The notes below the pieces were generated by a model. It was not told the origin of the DNA. It did no database searches and was given only the letters and a program-made list of their open reading frames with translations. A stretch of 64,000 nucleotides of DNA. Source: Isurus oxyrinchus. Its lineage: Eukaryota. Positions 51,438 through 64,000 of this stretch are shown piece after piece (positions within the stretch are counted from its first letter, which is position 1; each line of letters opens with the position of its first letter). A program made the translations under genes and the position numbers. Where the stretch lies: contig JANJGN010000006.1 in NCBI GenBank assembly GCA_026770705.1, positions 14,136,001-14,200,000 of the forward strand, given 5' to 3'.

Positions 51438-52248
51438 GGCCAGAAATTCTGTGCCCCTTCTCCCCACCACCCCACCCCCCCCCCCCGATCCATTGGGGGG
51501 GAGGTGTGTGGTGTTGGGTGTAAACTCAATCAGAGCCCCCGACCGGGTCCGTGCCGCCATTTTACATGGGCGGGCCAATTAAGGCCTGCCCATTGTGACG
51601 CTCGCCTGGAAGCGCTGTGCGCTCCCTGTGCGGGTGGGGGGGGCGGGGGAGCGGTTGGGGTAAGGGGGTGGTGGGAGGTGGGGTTAGTGATGGGGGTGGA
51701 TTCCCTGAGTGGTTCCCTGCAGAGGTACCTCAGGGAAATTAGTTTCAGAGATCAACTTTTAAATAAAGGACTTTTAAACTTCTGAAACATGTCCCCTCGT
51801 GTGACAGTGGCACATGAGCTGGGGCATGTTAATGAAATTTTGGAAAAAATGTTACTGAGCTTTTTTAAACTCTTCATGAAACCCCATCCCGCCCGTGGAT
51901 GAGATTCCACAAAAAAACGTGAAGGCTGTCTAGGCTCTTCGCCTGCCCCCACCCCCCTCCACCCCCCCCCCCCCCCCAACGCCCCCACCCCCCGCCAACA
52001 TTAAGGTTGGCCGGGCAGCTCATTAAATTGTTTTAATTAGTTTTTAACCGGCCTTCATAGGCCTCTGACAGTTCGGGGGGCGTGTAGCCGACTCGGCTGT
52101 ACCCCTGCAGGACTGACGATCTAAATGACGCGCGGTGACATGGGGACGCACGCCCGACATCACCGCGCATCATTTTACGCGTCGGCAAGCAGGCCCCGCC
52201 CGTCCCCCCCCCCCCACAAACCCGCTCGCCGACCGGAAGATGCTGCCC
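51438..52248. mobile_element. Harbinger MITE
   Basis: GGCCAGAAATT...GATGCTGCCC; interrupts the RNaseH frame; homologous to 62799-63541. Confidence 0.8.
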
Positions 52249-52288
52249 ATTGGGTTTGGTGTTAGCATTGCCGCAGTTTGAAATCTAT

Positions 52289-55200
52289 GGCCAGGATTTT
52301 ACATTCGGAGTGCGGTGGGTGGGCCCAACACGCCGGAGAATAAAATGACGCCCGATGACATTGGGCGTGCGTCCTGACATCACTGCGCACCATCACAATA
52401 TTTCGGCAGGCGGCCAAGCTAGGGAGACAGAGGCGCACCCGCCATTAATTAATGGGCCAGTTAAGGCCCTTGAGGCACCACGAGCGCAAGGGCAAGTGGG
52501 TAGGCCACATTTTCAAAAACCTCATCCATGGGCGAAATAAGAGGGGTGAGTGGTCTCGCTAATGCGAGTTGTCAGTACTTTAGATTATAACTTGCTGCTG
52601 CTTGCTTATGCGAACAGGACAACTTCATTTCGCTTCAGAGCTGCTTTGACAGAAATAACAGGCCTCAGTTCAGGACTCCGGAGGAGTCATACCACTTGGG
52701 GCCCTCCGGGTCTCCCTGGGAACCGGGATTGTGGTCTCCGCTGGAGGCACCTGCTCTGAGGAGGGAGAGCGGGCCAGAAGGGGGATGAGGCCAGGAGTCC
52801 ATATTCAGCCTCCAGGGGAGCGACCTGTGGGAGGAGAGGCACAGGCACAAGGGGCGCAGGGCCAACAGGAAGTCCAATGCAGAAAGGGCAGCAGAAGATG
52901 CCACTATCCTGCTGCCGGGGTTTACAGGCGGCGATGTAACTGTCTCAATACGTCTGAGGTGCAGTGCCGAAAGAGGCTTCGCCTCTCCAAGGAGACAGTG
53001 ACCTCCATCTGTCAGATGATAAGCCCTGAGATCAGCTCCAACTGTGTGGGTGGGTACCCCATTGCCAGTAGCGCTGAAGGTCACAGCTGCCCTCAACTTC
53101 TATACCTCCAGCTCTTTCCAGGGGTTGGTGGGTGATCTTTGTAGAGTCGCCCAATCAGCTGTCCACAGTTGTGTCAAGCTCGTGACAGATGCTCTGTTCA
53201 GGTGTACATTAACTTTCATTCACTACAGCACAGACGAGGCCAGCCAGACAGAGCAAGCCAGAGGCTTTGCAATGAATCAGGGTGCAATCGACTGCACACA
53301 TGTGGCCATCAAGGCGCCAGCAGGTGAGCCCGGTGCCTTTGTCAACAGGAAGGGCTTCCACTCCATGAACGTGCAGATAGTGTGTGACCACAGGATGCAG
53401 ATTCTACAAGTCTGTGCAAGGTACCCAGGCAGCTCCCATGACGCCTACATCCTCAGACACTCCCAGGAGCCGAGGGTCTTCAGTGCTCCAGCCCGGCTGG
53501 ATGGATGGCTGCTGGGTGACAAGGGCTATCCCCTCAGAAGGTGGTTCATGACGCCTCTCCGCCATCCAAGAACAGAAGCTGAGCAGCGGTACAATAGGAG
53601 CCACGGCTCCACAAGGGCTGTGGTGGAGAGAGCCATCGGTCTTCTCAAGATGTCCTTCCGATGCCTGGACCGATGCCTGCTCTGCAGTACCCCCAGAGCA
53701 TGTGTCACTGATAGTGGTTGCATGCTGCGCTCTCCACAATCTGGTGCTGGAAAGGGGAGGGACACAGTGAAGGAAGAACATGTTGACCTAGCTGCTCTGG
53801 TAGCAGACTATGGCCAGCATCTTGAGGTCGGCGAGCGGGGGCGGGGCCCGCTCACCAAGGCATAAAATCAGAGTCAGCTGCGCGCCGGCCGACTTGTCAA
53901 TGGCCTATTAAGGCCATTAAAAACCAATTGAACTCATTCATGGACCTGCCCGTCCAACCTTAAGGCTGGCGTGCAGGCCAGGAACTCAGGGGGGGCTTGT
54001 GAAGAAACAGGAAACCTCATCCACGGGCAGGGTGAGACCTCATGAGCGATTTTAAAAATGCAGGATATTTTACAATCAAAGTGATGGACATGTCCCAGCT
54101 CATGTGACAGCGTCACATGAGGGGACATGGCAGCGACATTTTTTTCTAATCTTTATTGAAAGTTTCAAATCGGTGCTGATCTCCCTGAGACAGCACTTTG
54201 CCTCAGGGAGACCTGTGTGTTCTTTTGTGCCCATGCTCGAAAGAGCTCACTCCCGGCTGAGGGAATTCCACTCCCCACACCACCCCCCACCCCACCCCAC
54301 CCGCAAAGGGGGCACATAGCGTTTCCTGGCACATGTCATGCTGGGAGGGCCTTAATTGGCCCACCCATGTAAAATGGCGGCGCCCCCCCCGATCGAGGAC
54401 GCCTATCGGAAGCGCACCCGCTCCCGCACTCCCCCCCCCCACCGCCCCCCCGATGGGGGGAAAATGTTACCCTATGCGTCCAGTAATGAGTGCGAGGACG
54501 AGCACGGTCAGGAGAACGCTGAGGGGGTAGACGCTGACCTGGGTAACCTCCAGAGAGGCAGGGGCACCCAGGAGGCTTTGATCCAACGCTCCTTCAGCTA
54601 GACCACCAAAGATGAACCATCACCACATGCCAGGGCTGCAGGCTTCATACTCGATACCTGTGACAGGAACATGTTCTTGGTGAGCAACATGCACTATGCG
54701 TCATTTCAATAAAGCTCAATGACAAACAAGTCACTCATAACATCATGGGTTACGCTGCACCTGCAGAACTAATGAAGCGCCCAGAAGCTTGTTGAATACA
54801 AACACGTTTACTGGTGTGGTGCCTGGCGTACATAAAACAAATTAAGTGGAAAGGTGTTCTCCATCACACCTACTAATAAGTAACTTAAAGTGTGCCAAAA
54901 AAATATCACCAGTGATAAACCCGTGTTGTGCCTAAGGTGCTTTATGTTTGTGTTTGCGTCTGGGTGCTCCCCCCCCTCGCTAGCACCAGCATTGGAGCCA
55001 GCCTGCTCACTCTGCTGTCCTGTTGGCCTCGATGACCTTGGCGGGTGTCCTCTGGCCCGTGGAGCCTGTGCTGGCCCCGCCTGGGAGGGAGTGGCCAGTT
55101 CCACAGCTGGCATCTCCCCAGTCGCCTGGGGAGAAGGACATCCCTGCGATGCTGCCACCTCCTCCAGAAGGGCAGCCGGACACTCGTCAGAAAGCCGGGG

Positions 55201-55488
55201 AGCCGAGTACCCCCGCCGACCTGCCTGCCAAGTTCAGCACTGACGTTCTGCGCGACGACGCTCCTCTGAGTTCATTGCAGCTTCCACGTGGCTGCCTGCA
55301 CCATTTTTGAACAGGCCGCTGGGTCGCTATTTGACCCGGCGGGCATCGAGCTGCCCCCCCCCCACCCCCCTGCCCCCACCCGCCCCTTCACGCTGATGCC
55401 AGAGTCGCTCACTACGCTGGGCGGGGGCCTTAATTGGCCCTCCTGTCCGCTCCCGCTGAGCCTGCCCGTTGCAGGAAAAATTCTGCCC
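52289..55488 (+). mobile_element. Harbinger transposon, same family as 19767-24078, Myb/SANT gene mostly deleted
   Basis: Termini GGCCAGGATTTT/AAAATTCTGCCC; TSD TAT; transposase 53044-53811 with GAIDCTH, SHDAY, GDKGY, VERAIG. Confidence 0.9.
53812..54472. mobile_element. Harbinger MITE nested in the Harbinger transposase
   Basis: TSD TAT at 53809-53811 and 54473-54475; reverse-oriented relative of 51438-52248. Confidence 0.85.
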
Positions 55489-55890
55489 TATGTGGCAAAC
55501 AATTTGTCAGAAACAGTCGTTTATACAGACCACAGTCCTTTTAAGTTTCTGGACACATTCAAAGACAAAAGTGCAAGGCTATTCAGATGGAGTTTATTAC
55601 CATAGCTGTTTAATCTGCAGATAACACATGTCACTGGATGAGAGAATCTGTTTGCAGGTACGTTATCAGATGTTTGAAGCTGAAAGGAAAAATTGGACAT
55701 TTTAAAATCTGGACACTGAACTGGAATGATTTCTGCTGCTACCAAGGATTTGTTAATATATTGTTATTTTAATTAATGCATCTGGTAATGTGATAGTGAA
55801 GTAAGCATGGGGAGATAGTGTAAGAAGCGTTAATAAAAAATGAAGCCGTCTCTTAGAATTATGACGGTTCATTTTTCGATAAAGAGGGGT

Positions 55891-56726
55891 TGTCATGAAA
55901 AGATTAATGACTATAATGTTATTGGAAATTATTTTTTTTAGATAGAGTTTAGTGGGGCCTGTCTATGTGTGTGTGTATGTGTATGTGTGTGTGTGTCTTA
56001 ATTGGATTAAATCCAGCTAATCTGGGTGCCTTGATTTATAGAAAGAAATAGGTTTTAAATAGTAATTAGATAAACATGGGGAAGTTTAGAAACATTGGTG
56101 TTAAAGGTATACATTTGCATTTGTTGAATAAAGCATTCAAGAGTGGGAGTAAAATCTTGTACCTACCTGGGAGACACCAATCAATGTGTTTATATTACTA
56201 ATAAAATTAATGAGGTGAAAATGTTATTGTTAGAAGATGCGACGTTAAAAGCCTAGGATACAATGGGAAATTTACATTCGAAGGAAAAGCTAGGTATAAA
56301 CAGAAAGGAGTTTGTGTGTGTAAAGCAGAGGCATTTAAGATCTAACCAGCCTGTAAGCCCTACAACTGTGTCTGCAAAGAACCTCATTTTGAATTCGTAA
56401 GGTCAAATGTGCTTTGCCTGGGATCTTATAAAATCTACGATTTTTCTGTTGCCTTAACAGGAGTGTAACCGAGAGTTGGATTAATTAAGGGATTTTTGTG
56501 GTTGTTATCATAGTAATTTTGTAGACATATGTATGTGTTTATAATTTCTCTTGTATTAATGTTTAATTTAGTTTTATAAGAAACCTCTTGAGACTCAGAA
56601 GTCTCATTACTACTGAATTAAAAGCCTGCATCTTGAAACATACAAATTGGAAAAATGGGTTATGACAGCTGCTTCAAGTTTCCCTCTGGTTTTGAGAAAC
56701 TCAGCCTTTACCATCAGCTGTTTCAT
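55891..56726 (+). repeat. 3' LTR of the Gmr1-like element
   Basis: PPT-like AAAGAGGGG then TGTCATG; colinear with 40818-41640; contains a (TG)n tract. Confidence 0.85.
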
Positions 56727-57127
56727 TCTTGGGACCTTCATTGAGGCCTGGTTCATTGCATCTGACAGAATCAAAGAGACCTCAACTCAGCAGTTCCTAA
56801 AAGAACCAGTAGGCCATCCCTGCCACCTAATCACTCACCTTCAGGTTTGATTGCCAGCTCCTCATATCATTCTGTGTTTATACTAAGCTCTAACAAGTCC
56901 AACAGTGAATAGGTGTGGGATCTCTCATAAGGTCTAATGGGTGGAAATTTTGGAGAAACCCGGCAAACTCCCATGATCTTGGCAGTAGTGGGCACAGTGT
57001 TCACAAAATATTTTTACAAAAATGGCTAGAACACTGCTTACCCCCATAACGTCCTCTGACTCTTGGAATTAAGCCAGAGAAAAGAGTTCCAGGCTAGATC
57101 AGCTTTGACCTTTATTTTGGAATACAT

Positions 57128-57722
57128 GGGCCAAATTTTTCCCTTGATGGGAGGCCGGGACCAACCGACTCGGCGGCCGATCGCCGCTGCTGCCGAAGTG
57201 GGCCCCGCCGCCATTTTGCGTAGGCAGGCCAATTAAGGCCTGCCCAGCGTGACGCCCGACAGGAAAAGCAATGCACTTCCTGTGCGGGCGGGGGTGGATT
57301 CCCCATCCGCGAGAGTGCACTCTTTCCCGCATGCACACAAAAGAGCGCACACCGCCCTGAAGCAAAGTGCTGCCCCAGGGAGATCGCTGAAAGGTGGTGA
57401 GAATTCAAAACTAGAAAAATAAAAAAAATCATTAACATGTCCCCCTGATGTGAAAATGTCACACGAGATGGGACATGTTAATGAAGTACCTAGAAATTTA
57501 CTAAACTTTTTTAAAATCCGAAACCAAACCTCATCCCGCCATCGTCGACAATTGGTGACTCAACAAGGCCATTAACTAATGGCGGGCGCGCATTGCGCTG
57601 CATAGCACGCCCGCTGACCTAAACATCGCGATGCCGCGCGCTGACGTTGGGACCCTCGGGCGACATTTTAAGCATTGACTTGTGGGTTCCGCCTCCCGCA
57701 AGTCAGCCAGAAAATTTAGCCC
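57128..57722. mobile_element. Harbinger MITE
   Basis: TIR GGGCCAAATTTT/AAAATTTAGCCC; flanks CAT/CGT. Confidence 0.8.
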
Positions 57723-58589
57723 CGTGTTTCAGGGGCAAGGGGGTTAATTATTAGGTTTAATCCTAGAGTCAGAAGACTAAAAGATGGGAAGTAGAAATAT
57801 GAAAATCAATCAACCTCAGTTTCAACCTGAAAACACTCTCAGTTAGCACATGATTTCTGAAGTCTATACGATGCATCTCTCAGGAAATTGTCTTGTCGAT
57901 TAGTCTGGACCTCAGAAGAGAAAAATGCAATGGAATGGAAAATTACAAGGAACATTTCTAACTGATTTTGGTAAGTATTTGATGCAATGATTACAAGTGT
58001 TTCTGATTTAGTCGTTGCAGTTACACAGGATTAACTCAGTTTCAGTAACGCCGCTCTTACGAACAGGTATATCTAGTAATGTCATGACTCGATGGTCATC
58101 ATTATCAATATTAATATTATTATCGTTCAGCACTGTCTATAACATTTTTTATCAGTCATTATCCTTCAACGAATTGCTCTAACAATGTTATCTGAACTTG
58201 CCGGTCAGCACTGTCATGGGCTTAATGGGGGTCAGTCTTAACTTTGATCATCTGGCAGAAACCAAATGGCTGGGCAGTTAAAACCAAGCAGCTTAGTTAC
58301 CTGCATAGAACATTCCTCTTTCCCTGTTGCCTGTGATCTTAATCAGCAGGCAGCTAAAATGTCCATCCAAAATAGGCTGGGACTTCGTGAATTTGTACAA
58401 ATTGACCATTGTGCAAATTGCACTACTCTGCCAATAGGACCCCAATTGCATTTGAACCTAGACCTGAATCATACAAATCAGTAATTACCTCTCTTCCACG
58501 TGACTGTAGTGTAGGCAAGAAAAGAAATCATGGCCCAAAAGACAATTATGGATTTGATTCATCACAATTCATCCAACTGGCAAGTGCTT

Positions 58590-58970
58590 AAGGTCAACCC
58601 ATTGTAATATCCACTTGTTTCTTGAAGAATTCCAGGGATTTAGCCCCACTGTTGTACCTGGAAATGTATTCCAAATGTTGATCACTCTTAATGTGAAGGA
58701 AAATCTCCTGATTTCTGTCCTGAAAATTCAATTGTCCAGTTTGAACCTGTGTCTCCTAGTTATACCCCTGCCATATAATTTCAAGTGATATTCTGAGTTT
58801 ACTTTCTCTATACCCTTAATAACATAATGTACCCCACTAAGATCATCTCTCTGTGACCTCCTTTCATAGCTGAAAATCTCAAGATTCCCCATTCTTTCCT
58901 CAAAAGTCAGACCCCTGAGAGTGGGGATTGTGTTCATGGCTCTTCTGTGAACAGTCTCCAGTGCTTAAGT
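58590..58970 (-). mobile_element. Old CR1 3' fragment
   Basis: IPTLRGLTFEERMGNLEIFSYERR, ITRRHRFKL. Confidence 0.7.
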
Positions 58971-59002
58971 CTTTATTTTAATTATTGGTAATATGGCACT
59001 CG

Positions 59003-60068
59003 TGTCACACGTCCATGAATGTATAAAGACGATAGACGTTTTTACTTAAAAAAAAAACGATATGGAATGTGGACAAGTTACCTTGACCCAAGATGGAGTC
59101 CGTGGGTCAGGGGACAGTTTATGATTTCTGCACAGGCAGGAGCTATCCTGCCTCTGGAAAGTCTTTAAACTTAAATGTCCGTGGGTGGAGGACCCTCTCT
59201 CGAAAAGACATTCAAAATACAACTACTTGTAAAATTTACAGCTTCTATTATCTGGGGTTTATAGGATCGCAAATGCAATTGTCCCAGAAACTCAATGTCT
59301 GCGAACCTGAAACCTAACAAAGAGAGTTATGAAGAAACCAATTTACCACAAGCAATTGTAGTAGACAATTGCTACCATTGTGTAGCAATGGAATCCAACA
59401 TCATACGGTTAATAGAAGTATTCATCACATGGTCATATAATGGAAACTGACATGAGACAACAAACCTTATTATTTCAAGAACCCACTGGGGGTGAGGTGC
59501 AGGTCAGTCTGGGACAAACAGCACAAAGGGGAACTACCACCCAGCCAGAAGTACAGTTCTCTGCCTAACAACCGGTCAGCTCAGGCCATGAGAGAGGGGC
59601 TAAGCTGTTCCCACCAGTGCGAATTTATCTCTTTTCTACAGAAGCTCAGCCACAATTTTGTGTTAAAACCCACAGACTTTCAAACTCCGTTTATCTTTAG
59701 AGAACCAAGAGAAGGAACTTACCAGACTTGTAAAGCTTCGCATCTTAAATGACTAATTTAAAACAAGTGGTTTGTTTCTTGTTTTTCTGTTAATAACCTA
59801 AGTGCATGCTTTGACTCTAGAGCTCATCTTTTGTTGTGTGTCTCTGTGTGTGTGTGTGTGTGTGTGTGTATGTAAGGGAGTGAGTGTTGTGTGAATAAAC
59901 GTTTATCTTTTCTTTGATTTAACTTACCAGAAAGATTGTTTTATGTCTATTCTTTAAAGGCACAACACTCAGAAGGTCTAAAACACTCTCTAAAACATAC
60001 ATCTTGTTGCAAACAACTGAGAGGAAAAAGTGGAAACGTTAACCTTCCACCTCGCCCTGTCAGTAATA
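59003..60068 (+). repeat. Probable solo LTR
   Basis: Starts TGTCAC; has a TATA-like site, (TG)n, AATAAA and a GTAATA end; no TSD verified. Confidence 0.45.
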
Positions 60069-60384
60069 GTGATGCAGTCTTTAAGGTACAGTGTGACCAG
60101 AGCATTGTAATGTTTTATCATTAGTTCATCTGACTTCTATTGTTTTGACAATGTAGTTTAATATCCTATTGGCCTTATTGATTGCTGCTCTCTAATTGGA
60201 CATGCCTAGCATCAATTAGCTAAGACTTTTCCGTTTCTTTTATCTTTATTCTAAGCTATTTCAAAGCATTTCATGGACTATTTTCTTTCTACATGGAACA
60301 TGTTATATTTATACATGTTAAAGTACATCTGCTGTTGTTTTGCCCATTTATCTCCAATTCAATACAACATGGGTGACTGGTTGA

Positions 60385-60625
60385 TTTTTTTTTGTATTTG
60401 TTCATGAGATGTGGGCAGCACTGGCTGGGCCAGCATTTATTCCCTGGCCCTAATTGCCCTTGAGAAGGTAGTGATGAGCTGCCTTCTTGAGCCGCTGCAG
60501 TCCATGTGGTGTAGGTACACCCACAGGGCTGGTAGGGAGGGAGTTCCAGGATTTTGACCCAGCGACAGTGAAGGAACGGTGACGTCTTTCCAAGTCAGGA
60601 TGAGTGGCTTAGAGGAGAACTTCTG
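60385..60625 (-). repeat. CR1-group LINE 3' end
   Basis: Same tail as 23060-23430. Confidence 0.75.
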
Positions 60626-61487
60626 AAATTCACTGAAATTTGTGAAAACTTGGTCAGAAAAGAAACGGGGCTTGCCCAGTGTGCCATTTTCCACTTGGTA
60701 TTACATGGGCAATCCCTCCCTGAGGTTTTGTGTTTCGGCAACACCCTACATTAACAGTGCCAGCATTTATTTAAAAAATCATTAACACTGAGACCATCCT
60801 ATTTTGCACTGACAGCCTGTTGACCTAACTAAAACAAAGTGGACCTCTATGTCTGGTTAACATTCACACTATTAACAAAAGTTGCAGGTTTCAAGGTCAG
60901 AGAGATTTTTACGCTGATTTCATCCCTTAGGGATGTAAGCCTTCACATTGGAACCAATAACCATCTGTTCTAAATAATTGAATAAAGCCAATGTGTCCTT
61001 TGTATTGACTTTGTATAATCAGCTACACTATTTTATCTTTAAACTCTAAGACTGCTTCCAATCCCAGAGAAATTCTTGTTTCCCTTAGCTATCCAAAAAT
61101 GTATTTTCTCCCTGCCTCACACGACTGTGACCTGAAAAATAATGTAAGTGTTGCAGTGATAATACAACTGGCATATGCATACAAGGAGATTACAATTACT
61201 GTAATATTAACCCTGTAAAACTGCAATTGAGACATAAACTTTAAGAAAATACATTTAAACTCCTCAAACCTGTTTACTCTGTTTTCTCTCATTTCCAATT
61301 TTCTGTTACTTTTACTGACCTTTTTATTGATTCTAATCTATCCTACCATTCCAAACATTTTACTCCACTAAAAAATATAGTTTTAAGGTATATTATTTAC
61401 AACACTTTTATTTTATGTTACCTCTACTTTGGAAGTTTGGGAAAATTAGATTTTCATGGCTGAGATAGAAGTTTTACAAGCAGAATT

Positions 61488-61800
61488 TTTTATTCTTTTA
61501 TGGGATGTGGACATCGGGGGCTAGGTCAGCATTTATTGTTCAATCTTAATTGCCCTTGAGAAGGTGGTGGTGAGCTGCTCTCTTGAACTGCTGCAGTCCA
61601 TGTGGTGTAGGTACACCCACAGTGCTTTTAGGGAGGGAGTTCCAGGATTTTGACTCAACGACAGTGAAGGCACAATGATATATTTCCAAGTCAGGGTGGT
61701 AAGTGGCTTGGAGGACAACTTACAGGTGGTGGTGTTCCCATCTATCTGCTGCCATTGTCCTTCTAGGTGGTGAAGGTCATGGGCTTAGAAGGTGTGGTCG
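61488..61800 (-). repeat. CR1-group LINE 3' end
   Basis: Same tail as 23060-23430. Confidence 0.75.
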
Positions 61801-62199
61801 AGGGAAATCAAGGATGACTGAGTGGTTGAGGTTGCGGAGAAGGTTTCTTTTCTGGCTGTGCTCACAAGATGGTTTCTCCTGTAGCCGTTTCCTGAGAAGG
61901 ACCAGCTGCTGGTTGCATCTCTAAGTCAAGTGATTAAGGAACCCAATCCTGCTGCTGTGAACCAGCATTTTCAGGCATTTGGGAGACCCGAATGGTGTGC
62001 ACCAGACTTGGATTCCCGAGAGTATTCTAGATCTAATGAGCATACGCCTGCTTAGTGCTCGGTGCACTTTCTGCTGAGCCAGTGATCAGCCTACAAGGTT
62101 GAAAACAATGGAGCTTCATTATGTCCATATTGACATCTTAATTGTGCCAAGAGGTCAACATACATGGTGCTGCTTAGAAGATCTGTAGTAGAGCAGGTA

Positions 62200-62430
62200 A
62201 TCAATCAACTTGCCCTTTCAGATCAAGTTGTTTACTCATTTATGGCATTAAGTTGCTAGTCTGAGATGGTGGTGACACTAACTGCTTCAGCTATCAGTCT
62301 CCACTCTGTCTTGCTATACCTCAAGGTAGCTTGCTGCCCTGTACACCAAGTAGTCCTGTCGACATTTCCCTCATTACTTGTAAAAGGTCGTCCCTTGTAG
62401 CTTCAGTTATTTTGCTAATGCTCTTTTTCC
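62200..62430 (-). mobile_element. Ancient Harbinger Myb/SANT remnant
   Basis: EWRLIAEAVSVTT...CHK*VNNL. Confidence 0.45.
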
Positions 62431-62798
62431 TGTGGGTCTTCTGGCTGCTGCTGCTACTCATTTCTTCTATGCTCCTTTTTGTCACTTCCTTTTTAAAGAT
62501 CCTACAGGCTTTTAAATCCCATCACAGCATTTCAGTGTCTGCTTTAACAAGCAAATGGCCCAATCACTTACAGCGCTCCAGAGGGGAGCCCACTGGTAAT
62601 TATGTGATTGGGTTGACCCCCCAGGAAAGTAGAAGTCAGTCCCTTTCCTCCTTTACTTCCAGCCATTTCTGTCCTTCTTTCACGAGCCTATTCAGACTTG
62701 AAACTTAAATTGGGACATTACACCCTAACCTGCCCATTGCCAAATTGTCTGTGCTCTGATGCTGGCAGGCTCTGAGCCTTGTTCCACTGGTAGTATTT

Positions 62799-63541
62799 GG
62801 GAAGAATTTTCCCCCCATTGGGGGGGGGGGTTGTGTGGGGGCGGGCGTGAATCCGATTGGCACCATCGATCAGGTCCGTGCCGCCATTTTATGTGGGTCA
62901 GCAAATTAAGATCCGCCCAGCGTGACGCACACCCGGAAGCGCTGAGCGCTCCCTGTGCAGGCGGAGAGGGGGGGGGGTTAGGCCTGAGTTGGGTCCTGCA
63001 TTCTTTCACGCATGCACGAGAAAGAGTGCAGAAATCTCCCTGAGGCGCAGAGGTGCCTCAGGGACATTAGTTTAAGCTTTAAAAAGTGGAATAAAGGAAA
63101 GAAAACATTTTAAGACACGTCCCCTCATGTGACAGTGTCACATGAACTGGGAAATGTCAATGAATTTTATTAAAATTTTTAATTGATTTATAATCACTTC
63201 ATGAAACCTCAGCCTGCCTGTGGATGAGGCCCCATGAAAAATGCGAAGGCCGCCTGGGCTCTTCGCCTGCCCCACTAACCCCCACCGCACCCCCCCCCCC
63301 CCCCCGCCTCCCCACCGCCAACCTTAAGGTTGGACGGGCAGCTTTCTTAACAGCTTTAATTGATCTCTTAATGGCCTTTATTGGCCTTTGACATTTCGGC
63401 GGGCACGCAGCCAACCCTGGCGCACGCCCGCCAAACGAAATATCGTGATGATGTCGGGACGCACGCCCGATGTCATCGCGCATCATTTTACACGTCGGCG
63501 AGCAGGACCCTGCCTCTGCTCGCCGACCCGAAAATTCTGCC
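62799..63541. mobile_element. Harbinger MITE
   Basis: GGGAAGAATTTT/AAAATTCTGCC termini; homologous to 51438-52248. Confidence 0.8.
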
Positions 63542-64000
63542 ATTGAAAACAGGGGTGACCCCCCCGCCACCGCCCCCCCCCTCCCCACCCCCCTCCCCGA
63601 GACCTGCTGACAAGGATTAGCCTTCTCTGATTTCAGCAGATGTAAACACCTTTCCATCACACTTACACTGATGGATCAGGGCCGGAGGGCTTTCCACGTC
63701 ACCAATACTTTTTAACACAATAACAATAGCTTGCATTTATATGGCACCTTTTAATGCCGCAAAGTATTGTGTGACATTTCAAACTTGGGCAAAAATTGGA
63801 GGGGTAAGAGTAAATTTTGCAAAGACAAACCTGAGAGGTTTGTTGTAAGGAATTTGAAACTGGGCAGATATATAGCAATACAGAGGAATTTATGGCAGGA
63901 GGTTCAGAGTTTGGGAGAAAGTGGTTGTAGCAAATAGAGAAGGGTACACGTAATATACCATCATTGGAAGACCTGGGGAGTGGCAGGGAATTTGGGCTGA

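Larger units (their letters stand above)
50378..55680 (+). pseudogene. Gmr1-like RT/RNaseH, split by MITE and Harbinger insertions
   Basis: VMPFGMKNAP, VTYLGHAIG, REVLRFLGMSGFY, VDASEIDIGAVLLQ, RRYSTSEKET | LGLVLAL..FEIY (52250-52288) | VANN..VVYTDH..RLFRWSL (55492 onward). Confidence 0.85.

Noticed and set aside
57884-57976. Possible exon ending G|GTAAGT
   Set aside because: Stops in all frames from the acceptor and no homology.
62331-62708. Hydrophobic 125-aa ORF resembling a membrane protein
   Set aside because: Antisense of a purine-rich Harbinger remnant; compositional artefact.

Overview
Eukaryotic, repeat-saturated DNA that looks intergenic or intronic. The TE families (CR1, Tx1, Nimb, Penelope, Gypsy/Gmr1, many PIF/Harbinger elements and their MITEs) resemble those I recall from shark (elasmobranch) genomes; the organism is an inference. 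No intact host gene is supportable, and nearly all ORFs are decayed TE coding sequence, often nested. Highlights: (1) a TSD-flanked Gypsy LTR element (27378-32174) whose RT-RNaseH-integrase core is replaced by a UACA-like coiled-coil segment in the gag-protease frame, resembling retroviral gene transduction; (2) a ~200-bp antisense PLK2/3 kinase fragment inside a Nimb LINE ORF1; (3) Penelope terminal repeats with minimal hammerhead ribozymes, including TSD-flanked fold-back mini-insertions and a recurrent non-canonical CUGUUGA core; (4) a two-step templated insertion copied from neighbouring DNA. Family and host-gene calls come from remembered motifs, not database searches. Boundaries without a stated TSD are approximate.
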